Made by a program: the position numbers and the translations under genes. This document shows positions 1-8,506 of a stretch of DNA of 64,000 nucleotides, one piece after another. The stretch comes from a virus (taxonomy: Duplodnaviria > Caudoviricetes), in IMG/VR virus record IMGVR_UViG_3300030372_002095, positions 1 through 64,000 of that record, one strand, 5' to 3'. How positions within the stretch are numbered: position 1 is the stretch's first letter; every line of letters starts with the position of its first letter. A model generated the notes under the pieces. It was not told where the DNA came from. It did no database searches and saw nothing but the letters and a program-made list of their open reading frames with translations.

Positions 1-12
1 GACATAATTTAC

Positions 13-1221
13 CTAAGCTGCATCTCGCCATGTATTTGTAGCAGAATCATCAACGATTGTCCAAGTATTTGTGGCTGTGTCAGGAACCACTTGCCATGCA
101 TATACTCCTGAGTCGCCTAATGTTAAAGTCATACTTTGACCATTAACTTCTACAATTGTATTGGTAATTGGTACTACTGTGCCGAGAGCCGTGTTGACTG
201 TTTGACCAGTAGGTAAAATTGCAGCATCTGCTGATATTATAGATGCACCAAGCGATGCTGTCATTGACTGTCCAGTGACCGCTGCTACACTTGTTGTAAC
301 TACACTAATTGTTCCTAATGCTGATGTTAAAGCCTGTCCTGTTACAACGGGAGTAGTAAGAGCTTCAACAGCAACTGTGCCGAGAGCCGTGCTTATTTCT
401 TCACTATCATAGTTAGTATTAGTAGGAGTGTTAGCTTGACCTCCCATACCAGAGTGAGCATTACAATAATAATATAAAGTAGGCGCACTTTCAGCTACAT
501 TAATAGTTAAACTTCTAGTAGTTGCAGAAGCATAATTAGATAAATAATCTGATTTAGAAACATCTGACCCATTTATTTGATAAGTAACACCCGTTTCATA
601 AGTTGTTCCTCCTGAATGTGTTCCATCAGAAGTAGCTGATAGTAAAAGTGGATGTGTATCAACAGACGAATCATTAGCGCTAAATATATAAATATTTTTT
701 TCTTCTAATGTTAAGGTTGGTTGCTGTGTTCCATTAATAAAGTATTTATTAGAACCACCAACGCTTTGTACTGTTACAGTAAATGTTTCTGTTAAACCTG
801 TAGGCTGTACAAGTGCAGTAGCTGTTACAGTTTCTTCTCCTAAAAATAAATCTAAATCAGGTTCAGATGAAGCATCAATTGATACTTGACCACCTGCTGT
901 TACAGCAAATGTTCCTATAACTGCATTTAATCCAAAACCACTTACTGATACAGTCGGATTGGCTGTTGGGCTAGCAATTACAGTTCCTAATGTTGTACTA
1001 ATGCTTTCACCTGTTAATCCAACCGCTGCTCCACTGTCTATAACTGATACTCCTAAAGATGCATTTATAGTTTGACCTGTTACCGCTACTGTTGCGTCAA
1101 CAGCAATGGTTTCTGTTCCAAGCGCAGAAGTTAAAGCTTGACCTGTAACAACCGCTATAGCGTCCTGTTTACCTAATGATGATAATGGTCCTTCTGAAAA
1201 GGCTAAAATACCTAGAGTCAT
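13..1221 (-). CDS. Thr/Val/Ala-rich virion structural protein with inserted cupredoxin-like domain
   Basis: Repeated VTGQ(A/S)(L/M)T(S/A)xLG motifs; paralogue of 61554..62372 plus a 130-aa insert containing HP...YYYCNAHSGMG. Confidence 0.7.
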   Translation of the reverse strand: MTLGILAFSEGPLSSLGKQDAIAVVTGQALTSALGTETIAVDATVAVTGQTINASLGVSVIDSGAAVGLTGESISTTLGTVIASPTANPTVSVSGFGLNAVIGTFAVTAGGQVSIDASSEPDLDLFLGEETVTATALVQPTGLTETFTVTVQSVGGSNKYFINGTQQPTLTLEEKNIYIFSANDSSVDTHPLLLSATSDGTHSGGTTYETGVTYQINGSDVSKSDYLSNYASATTRSLTINVAESAPTLYYYCNAHSGMGGQANTPTNTNYDSEEISTALGTVAVEALTTPVVTGQALTSALGTISVVTTSVAAVTGQSMTASLGASIISADAAILPTGQTVNTALGTVVPITNTIVEVNGQSMTLTLGDSGVYAWQVVPDTATNTWTIVDDSATNTWRDAA

Positions 1222-1255
1222 AAGACTCTATTTTAACTATAAAAAGTGATTTAGT

Positions 1256-1879
1256 CTACTGTGCTTTTTTATAATATGCAGGTAATCCAAGCATTGGTCT
1301 ACCATCAAAAGCATTACTTTCTTGGAACTGACCTTGCTTATTATTATAATGTAAAAATACTTGACCACAATCTTGTCCTTCAAAAGACTCACGCCAATGC
1401 TCAAGATCACACCCACTATACACTAGCATATCTCCTGGTTTTAAAATAACTTTTTTACCTTTATTACCAAACCCTTCTGAAGGATCTAAATAAATAGGCC
1501 ATTCATCACCGCCTAGATTAAGAGTGCATGATATTTCACAAGAAGGTCTATCTTTGTGTCGATGTAATATATCCCCATATTTATATATCCTTGCATAAGT
1601 ATATGTAGGAACTAAATTCATTTTTGTTACAACCATCATTTTTGGTCTTACTCTTACCATTAATGTTTCCATAACAAGATCTGCATAATGAGAATAGGTG
1701 TCGGGTATTTGACTATCTTTCCATGTTCCCCAACTATCATCAAAAGGAGATATATACCGTGTATCTTGTAAATGTTTTGCTACTTGTCTTTTATTTAAAA
1801 AATAAGCATAACAAAAACTAGCTACGTCTTTTGATATTGCTTTTTTTACAACTTCATATTTATCTTTTTCAAAACTCAT
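1256..1879 (-). CDS. 2OG-Fe(II) oxygenase-like protein
   Basis: HxD motif (HRHKDRPSCEISCTL), distal His (EHWR), double-stranded beta-helix pattern. Confidence 0.75.
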   Translation of the reverse strand: MSFEKDKYEVVKKAISKDVASFCYAYFLNKRQVAKHLQDTRYISPFDDSWGTWKDSQIPDTYSHYADLVMETLMVRVRPKMMVVTKMNLVPTYTYARIYKYGDILHRHKDRPSCEISCTLNLGGDEWPIYLDPSEGFGNKGKKVILKPGDMLVYSGCDLEHWRESFEGQDCGQVFLHYNNKQGQFQESNAFDGRPMLGLPAYYKKAQ

Positions 1880-2550
1880 TTTTTCTCCTCTGTTTTTATA
1901 AAACTATTCTGTATAGCCTGTATATTAAAATGTATAAAACGAAATGCTTGATTAGGTCCACCAACAGAATATTGATGGGTAACATATGCGGGCATAATAA
2001 TTAATGTGCCTGGAGTAGGTTTCCAGTGAGCTTCATTTGTAGCATAAGTAAGTTGCGAAAGATCTTTTTGTGGTAAGGCTGATAAAAGAGCTGCGGGCCG
2101 TGGGTCGTGTATCACGGGCACTGGTCCATCCTCATCTCTCTTTAAATATAAAAATCCTGATACATGATTATTTGGATGTACATGTGAGTTATGATGACCA
2201 CCACCATCTTTAGGAAATTCTTGCACCCAACATTCTGTAAATACACAAGTATGATTTGATAAATCAAAACCCATACCATCTAAAAATTCCCATGAACGTT
2301 GACCAATATGATCAATATAAATTTTTAATTCTGGATCACCTGCAATAGGAAAAGAATGAGCAACTTCTCCAAAATCAGATTTTTTCTTTTTAACTCTTGC
2401 TTTAAAATCTTTTGTATTTTTAATTGCCTTTAAATGTTTTTCACATTTTTTATTTATATCATCTACCCAGTGAGGTAAATTTTCTATGTATACAGGTGTT
2501 TTAAAATATTCGTGAAATGCCATCATACAAATGGATGTCCTTGATGCCAA
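1876..2550 (-). CDS. putative 2OG-Fe(II) oxygenase (TIGR02466-like)
   Basis: WVQEF...HHNSHVHPNNHVSGFLYL, PGTLIIMPAYVTHQ, FRFIHFN; true start may be the MM near 2526. Confidence 0.7.
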   Translation of the reverse strand: MASRTSICMMAFHEYFKTPVYIENLPHWVDDINKKCEKHLKAIKNTKDFKARVKKKKSDFGEVAHSFPIAGDPELKIYIDHIGQRSWEFLDGMGFDLSNHTCVFTECWVQEFPKDGGGHHNSHVHPNNHVSGFLYLKRDEDGPVPVIHDPRPAALLSALPQKDLSQLTYATNEAHWKPTPGTLIIMPAYVTHQYSVGGPNQAFRFIHFNIQAIQNSFIKTEEKK

Positions 2551-3125
2551 TTAACTAATGAATACCTAGTACCTGACGTAACAGGTTTAACACGATGCCA
2601 CACAAAAGAAGGAAAGATTGTAACTGAACCTTTTATTCTTGCAGCTTTAACTACATGAATATCTTCTTTTTCAGGAGTATTAAAATTAACTTCAAAATCA
2701 CCACCTTCATATTCACTACCATCTACTAATGCAACAGTCATAGATAATTTTCTAATTTTACCATTTGAATTTGGCCTTACCCCAGAATCTGTATGCCAAT
2801 CATAATGTTGTTTTTTACTACCATCGTATTTTGTAAATTGACAAGACTCAGACCAATCCCAATGATAATTCCAACCAGCATTTGCATTTGCTTCACGAAC
2901 TAAAGGGTGTAGTTCACGGTAAATCCATGTAGGATCCATCCATACAACATTTGACTTTCTTTTTTCTTCTAATTGTTTTTGTTCGTTAGGTGTCATGTTA
3001 CCTGGATCATATCCAGAAGTAACACCTGTCTCTTCTTTTAATTCGTTTCCATAAGCAATAATATCATCACAAATTCGTGATGGTAAAGCACCTTGAAAAC
3101 ACCAATAATAATTATCTAATTGCAT
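2523..3125 (-). CDS. 2OG-Fe(II) oxygenase, prolyl-4-hydroxylase/PKHD-like
   Basis: HYDWHTD, RKLSMTV, YEGGDF, FPSFVWHRVKPVTSGTRYSLV are typical of this family. Confidence 0.85.
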   Translation of the reverse strand: MQLDNYYWCFQGALPSRICDDIIAYGNELKEETGVTSGYDPGNMTPNEQKQLEEKRKSNVVWMDPTWIYRELHPLVREANANAGWNYHWDWSESCQFTKYDGSKKQHYDWHTDSGVRPNSNGKIRKLSMTVALVDGSEYEGGDFEVNFNTPEKEDIHVVKAARIKGSVTIFPSFVWHRVKPVTSGTRYSLVNWHQGHPFV

Positions 3126-3170
3126 TCTATTTTCTTTCTTCTTTTTATACTTTTTTAAAAAGTATGTAAA

Positions 3171-4595
3171 TTAGTTTTGATACTTGTATGATATTACTAC
3201 GACACCAGAACCACCATTTCCACCATTAAATGGATCATTAGCTCCTCCTCCGCCACCACCGCCAGTATTATCAGTTCCATTGACTCCATTAGCTTCTGCG
3301 GGAGTTCCAGCAGCATGACCACCATCACCACCTCCTCCTCCATTAGCAGGAGCTGTAGGGGGACCAGTATAACCTGAGCCACCGCCACCGCCAGCATAAA
3401 CCGTTGCTGATCCAGAAATTGCTACAGATGTTCCACAACCACCTAATCCGCCACCAGTTGATGGACCAGATGGTGGATGTGCATCACAACCAGCAGCACC
3501 AGAACCTCCCCCACCGCCACCGCCGTGAGGATTTCTATCCCATGCCGCACCACCAGGATTTCCTTGAGAAGGAGAAACAGGAGGAGTATTACCCGTACCT
3601 TTAGTACTAGCAGGAGTTACTCCTGCAGAGCCACCTGTAGTACTTGCTGATCCAGCACCACCGCCAGACCCACCAGATCGTCCAGCACCACCAGGACAAC
3701 CAGGATTATAATAACCACCTCCACCTCCGCCTCCAGCGGAAGTAACAGAAAAAATAACAGAAGCATCACCATCAGTACCTTGAGCATTTTGAGGGGGTGC
3801 TCCTGGACCAGGTGCTCCAGCACCTCCAGCTCCTACAGTTACAGGATAAGCTTGTGCAGTAACAGGTGTACCAGTTGTTGCAGGATTAGGATAATTTTTT
3901 CTTAATCCACCTGCACCTCCGCCACCTGCTTGATGTTTACTACCACCGCCTCCGCCAGCAACAATAAGATAATCAACCGTAGTTGAACCTGTAGCGTTAC
4001 CAACAGATGAAACAGTAAATGTTCCATCTCCAACAAAAGTATGAATCTTATAATCACCACTTGTTGTTTCTGTTCCACCTGATGCTGTAATATATGAAGC
4101 CTGTGTACCACCTTGATCAGCTACTGATGTAATTACCCAACCTTGCGTTGAATCTACATATAAAATTTGAAGGGCTTCTCTATCTCTAGAAAAAACAGCA
4201 TTATTAGTAGATCCTTGTATTTTTTCTGAACCGTTTGCAGCCACAGTGCAATTATTTGAATCCCATGTGCCAGCGTAATCTGCTAAAGCTATTTGAGTGC
4301 CAGCAGAACCTGCCGGTAAATTAACTGTTATTGCACCGCCTGTAGTATTAACTAAATAACCTTTACCAGCTACTGCTGTAAATGTACTTGTTTTTATATC
4401 TGAAGTTTGCCAATCAACAGCACCAAAACCCGTTGCGGTCCCACTATTAGATATTGTTCCTGCAATATTTAAGGTAGCCCCTGAAGGCAACGTCATAGTG
4501 TCGCCTGATGCTCCTATTTGTAAAGCGGTTCCTGATTGAGGTTCAATCTTATCTGTTTTTAAAGTATTATTTACACCATCAATTTCAATTGTCAT
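3171..4595 (-). CDS. Gly-rich tail fibre/virion protein, paralogue 4
   Basis: gp34-like KGYLVNTTGGAITVNLP domain, SGDYKIHTF, Gly-rich C-domain ending GSGVVVISYKYQN. Confidence 0.7.
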   Translation of the reverse strand: MTIEIDGVNNTLKTDKIEPQSGTALQIGASGDTMTLPSGATLNIAGTISNSGTATGFGAVDWQTSDIKTSTFTAVAGKGYLVNTTGGAITVNLPAGSAGTQIALADYAGTWDSNNCTVAANGSEKIQGSTNNAVFSRDREALQILYVDSTQGWVITSVADQGGTQASYITASGGTETTSGDYKIHTFVGDGTFTVSSVGNATGSTTVDYLIVAGGGGGSKHQAGGGGAGGLRKNYPNPATTGTPVTAQAYPVTVGAGGAGAPGPGAPPQNAQGTDGDASVIFSVTSAGGGGGGGYYNPGCPGGAGRSGGSGGGAGSASTTGGSAGVTPASTKGTGNTPPVSPSQGNPGGAAWDRNPHGGGGGGGSGAAGCDAHPPSGPSTGGGLGGCGTSVAISGSATVYAGGGGGSGYTGPPTAPANGGGGGDGGHAAGTPAEANGVNGTDNTGGGGGGGANDPFNGGNGGSGVVVISYKYQN

Positions 4596-4618
4596 AATGC
4601 CTCTTTGATAGCATTATT

Positions 4619-5164
4619 TTATAGTAATTGGAACTGAAATGAAAGAGCTACTATTGGGTCTTTATTAAAATTTTTAGTAATAGAATGTCTAAGGTGGGAG
4701 GAAAATATAATTAAAGTATCTTCTTTTAAATCTACTTGCCAGCGTCTTTTCTTATTTCTTCCAAATTCATATTCAAATATTACGGTAGAAGGCTTTTCTC
4801 TTTCTTTTAAACAATACAAAACTGATATTTCAGGAGAATCCTCATAATCCCAGTCATCAATATGATGATGAGATCCTAAACTTTCATTAGGAAGTAATAC
4901 TACTCCTCCTCTTTTTATTAAAATAGGTGTTTCTTCATATTCTATTCTGTAATGATCTCTAATATAATCATGTACCCATGCTAAATGTTGATGGTCTTGT
5001 AAATCTACATAATGATAATCAGAGTACCATTTTTCATTACTCAAACGTTTTTCTAAAACATAATTACGAATGTTATTTGTTATTAATGTTTTTTTATCAA
5101 TTTTAAGAAGATCAGAAACTTTATGAGTAATAATAAATTGTTCAGATAGAACTTTTTTAAGCAT
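4619..5164 (-). CDS. putative 2OG-Fe(II) oxygenase
   Basis: SHHHID...ISVLY and LIIFSSHLRHSI...IVALSFQF resemble the 2OG-FeII_Oxy_5 pattern. Confidence 0.55.
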   Translation of the reverse strand: MLKKVLSEQFIITHKVSDLLKIDKKTLITNNIRNYVLEKRLSNEKWYSDYHYVDLQDHQHLAWVHDYIRDHYRIEYEETPILIKRGGVVLLPNESLGSHHHIDDWDYEDSPEISVLYCLKEREKPSTVIFEYEFGRNKKRRWQVDLKEDTLIIFSSHLRHSITKNFNKDPIVALSFQFQLL

Positions 5165-5167
5165 TAA

Positions 5168-5644
5168 TTATAAGGCAACCCAAGCAGAAGCACTAGCATC
5201 CCAACGAAAATTTCCTGTTGGTGTTTCTTGATCTTCAGCTATCCAACGAGTGTTTGTTTCATCCCAGCTAATATAGTATCTTTTAGCAGGATCGCCATAT
5301 TCTTCTACACTTGGATAAGTAACTGGTGCTTTCCAAACACATGTAGTTTCATCAAGAACCCATGATGCAAATGTTTTTGGTGGAATAAATGCATCACGGT
5401 CCTCATCATAAGTGTAACCTATTCCCGCATAATTTTTACGAAAAGGAGTTCCACCTAACTTGTGTGTGTTTACTGTTGTATTATAAGAAGTTCGTTTCCA
5501 TAAAGGCCATCCATGTATGTTTTCTAAAAACTGTATTCCTACAGTTTCATCTTCAATGCCATCAGCGTTTTTACAATCATCATCATTAACTACTGAAACA
5601 CCAATAACTTTGGAATTAATTCCTAATTTTGCAAAATGTGCCAT
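5168..5644 (-). CDS. conserved phage protein associated with Gly-rich fibre genes
   Basis: MAHFAKL...WKRTSYN...FRKNYAGIGYTYDEDRDAFIPPK; RBS GGAG; tightly packed with neighbours. Confidence 0.65.
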   Translation of the reverse strand: MAHFAKLGINSKVIGVSVVNDDDCKNADGIEDETVGIQFLENIHGWPLWKRTSYNTTVNTHKLGGTPFRKNYAGIGYTYDEDRDAFIPPKTFASWVLDETTCVWKAPVTYPSVEEYGDPAKRYYISWDETNTRWIAEDQETPTGNFRWDASASAWVAL

Positions 5645-5686
5645 ATCTCTCTCCTATACTATATTAAAAATCTTTTTTGTTAAACA

Positions 5687-7099
5687 TTAATTTTGATACT
5701 TGTAACGAATAATTACAACACCTGAACCACCTGAACCACCTGCTTGACAACCGGATGTACCATAATCTCCACCACCGCCTCCACCAGTGTTAGGTGTGCC
5801 TGCACCTCCTGTTGGACTTGTTTCTGAACCAGCTCCACCACCTCCAGTTCCACCAGCTCCACCATTAACATTGGAAGAACCACCGCCACCACCAGCTCTT
5901 GCTGTTGGTGTTCCATTAATACTTGAAGTAGCACCCGCTCCACCATCTCCACCAGTTACCACACCAGCAGGTACAGCTCCTGCGGCAGTAGCACCACCGC
6001 CACCTCCACCGCCGTTACCAGTAGAGTATGCACCCCCTGCATTTCCTTGAGGAGGAGATACGGGAGGATTATTACCAGATCCACCTGATCCTGGTCCGTT
6101 ATAACCATTACCACCACCAGAAGCACCACTTGTTCCAGCGCCACTACTCGTACCACCGCCGCCACCACCAGCAGAAGTTATAGTAGAAAAAGTTGAAACT
6201 GAACCAGCGCTACCAGTACTTCCAGCGCCACTATTAGTTCCAGCACCTCCACCAACAGTGATTGGATATGAACCTGGAGAAGCAGAAACTGTTAAACCCG
6301 CAGGGGCATTTAAAGGAGAAGCTGAGTATGGGTCACCAGAGTTTTTACCTTCACGAAAACCTCCAGCGCCTGCACCTCCGCCGCCACCGCCGACACCTCC
6401 GCCGCCTGTACCACCAGAACCACCTCCACCTACAACTACATAAGAAACACCATCGGCTCCACCTGCAGCGTTACCTACGGAAGAAACAGTAAATGTACCA
6501 TCTGCTACAAAAGTATGAATCTTATAGTCACCGGATGTTGTTATTGTACCACCTGTAGCTGAAATATAAGTAGGTCCTAAATTAGAAACATTTGATTCTT
6601 GTACATATAACCACCCTTTAGTGGAATCTACATATACAAGAACAACACTTGCTCTATCCGTTGATAATTTAGAATCAGTGGAAGCTCCTTGTATGTTAGA
6701 ACTATTTCTACCTATTGTTAAATTATTACTTCCAAATGTGGCTGCATAATCTTTTAAACCAACAATATCACCAGCGCTAGGACTTGCAGGTAGAGTTGCT
6801 GTAAAAGCCCCTCCTGTTGTATTACAAAAATATCCTTTACCAGATGCTGCTGTAAATCCTGTTGTTTGAACAGTTGATTGCCAATCAATACCTGATGTTA
6901 CTAATGTTGTAACATCAACAAAACCTAAATTACCAGAACCATCTGTTTTAAGTGCATTGTTAGCACTACCATCAGCATCAGGTAATATAAATGTTTCATT
7001 ACTTCCAACCGTTGCTGGAGCTTTTAAACCTATATAATTTGAATTATCTGAATCAAATAACTTTACTTCACCTTGACTATTAATTTTTATTTCAGACAT
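5687..7099 (-). CDS. Gly-rich tail fibre/virion protein, paralogue 3
   Basis: Same domain order as the other three paralogues; ends GSGVVIIRYKYQN. Confidence 0.7.
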   Translation of the reverse strand: MSEIKINSQGEVKLFDSDNSNYIGLKAPATVGSNETFILPDADGSANNALKTDGSGNLGFVDVTTLVTSGIDWQSTVQTTGFTAASGKGYFCNTTGGAFTATLPASPSAGDIVGLKDYAATFGSNNLTIGRNSSNIQGASTDSKLSTDRASVVLVYVDSTKGWLYVQESNVSNLGPTYISATGGTITTSGDYKIHTFVADGTFTVSSVGNAAGGADGVSYVVVGGGGSGGTGGGGVGGGGGGAGAGGFREGKNSGDPYSASPLNAPAGLTVSASPGSYPITVGGGAGTNSGAGSTGSAGSVSTFSTITSAGGGGGGTSSGAGTSGASGGGNGYNGPGSGGSGNNPPVSPPQGNAGGAYSTGNGGGGGGGATAAGAVPAGVVTGGDGGAGATSSINGTPTARAGGGGGSSNVNGGAGGTGGGGAGSETSPTGGAGTPNTGGGGGGDYGTSGCQAGGSGGSGVVIIRYKYQN

Positions 7100-7116
7100 A
7101 AATGTTTTTTACCATA

Positions 7117-8502
7117 TTAATTTTGATACTTATAGCGAATAATTACAACACCAGAGCCACCATTACCACCATCAAATGGACCGGGATGACCCCAGCCACC
7201 ACCTCCACCGCCACCAGTGTTTGCAGTACCAACAGAACCAGCACTTGCAGACGTTGCCCCAGAACCACCGCCACCAGAACCACCACCAGCACCAGAAGCA
7301 GGACCATAACTATTACCGCCACCGCCTCCACCACCAGCACGGGTAACATTTGAACCATTTATTGTAGAAGGTGAACCGTTACCACCAGCACCTGCTGCAC
7401 CAGATGAAGCATTCGCACCAACAGCTCCCGCTCCACCACCTCCGCCTCCGCCGAGACCTAATCCTTGACCACCTTGACCACCAGAATTTCCTTGAGGAGG
7501 AGAAACAGGAGGAGCATTCCCACCAGAACCTCCACCAGTTTGAACACCAGAAGCACCACCTCCAGAACCTCCAGATTGACCATCAACTCTAGCACCATGT
7601 CCATCACCATTACCACCAGAACCACCTCGTGCCGAAGTTATACTCAGTGCAGTTGAAGGATTACCAGTAGTTAAACATGAGCCGTAGACATTACCAGCGC
7701 CACCGCCTCCTACTCCTATTGGATATGCCTGTGCTGTTACAGAAACACTTGTATCTGTTCTATAACCACCGGCACCTGCGCCGCCTCCAGCATTAGCACC
7801 ACCACCTGCGCCGCCTCCGCCGCCTCCAGCAACAATTAAGTATTCTACGCTGTTTGAACCTTTTGAATTACCCGCACATGAAACTGTAAAAGTTCCATCA
7901 GCTAAAAAAGTATGAATTTTATAATCACCTGATGTTGTTATGGTACCACCGGTAGCAGTAACGTATAAAGCGTTTTCTAAATCAGCTACATTATTTTCTA
8001 CTAAATATAACCAACCTTTTGTTGCATCTATAAATTGTAAAACTACTGATGCTCTGTTGGTTGATATAATTGAATTAGTTGCAGCTCCTTGAATATTAGA
8101 TCCATTTCTTGCAATCGTTAATTTGTTTGATCCAAAAGTAGCAGCATAATCTTTTAAAGCTACAAAGTCTCCTGCACTTGGACTTGCAGGTAAAGTAGCA
8201 GTAATGGTACCTGATGTTGTATTAACAAAATATCCTTTTCCTGCAACCGCTGTAAAATCACCTGTTTTAATATCTCCTGTTTGCCAATCAATATCTGATG
8301 TAACTAAAGTATCAATATCTGTAAAAGATAAGGTGCCTGAAGCATTTGTTGTAATAAGATTATTTGCTGAACCATCTGCACTAGGAAGAATAAAATCTTG
8401 ATCTGCTGCAACAGTAGAAGGAGATTGTAAAGATACTTCGTTAGAATTATCTGAATCTTTTAGTGTAAGTTTTCCTTGTTCACGAATTCGTACATTTGCC
8501 AT
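7117..8502 (-). CDS. Gly-rich tail fibre/virion protein, paralogue 2
   Basis: Same domain order; ends GSGVVIIRYKYQN. Confidence 0.7.
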   Translation of the reverse strand: MANVRIREQGKLTLKDSDNSNEVSLQSPSTVAADQDFILPSADGSANNLITTNASGTLSFTDIDTLVTSDIDWQTGDIKTGDFTAVAGKGYFVNTTSGTITATLPASPSAGDFVALKDYAATFGSNKLTIARNGSNIQGAATNSIISTNRASVVLQFIDATKGWLYLVENNVADLENALYVTATGGTITTSGDYKIHTFLADGTFTVSCAGNSKGSNSVEYLIVAGGGGGGAGGGANAGGGAGAGGYRTDTSVSVTAQAYPIGVGGGGAGNVYGSCLTTGNPSTALSITSARGGSGGNGDGHGARVDGQSGGSGGGASGVQTGGGSGGNAPPVSPPQGNSGGQGGQGLGLGGGGGGGAGAVGANASSGAAGAGGNGSPSTINGSNVTRAGGGGGGGNSYGPASGAGGGSGGGGSGATSASAGSVGTANTGGGGGGGWGHPGPFDGGNGGSGVVIIRYKYQN

Positions 8503-8506
8503 ATCA

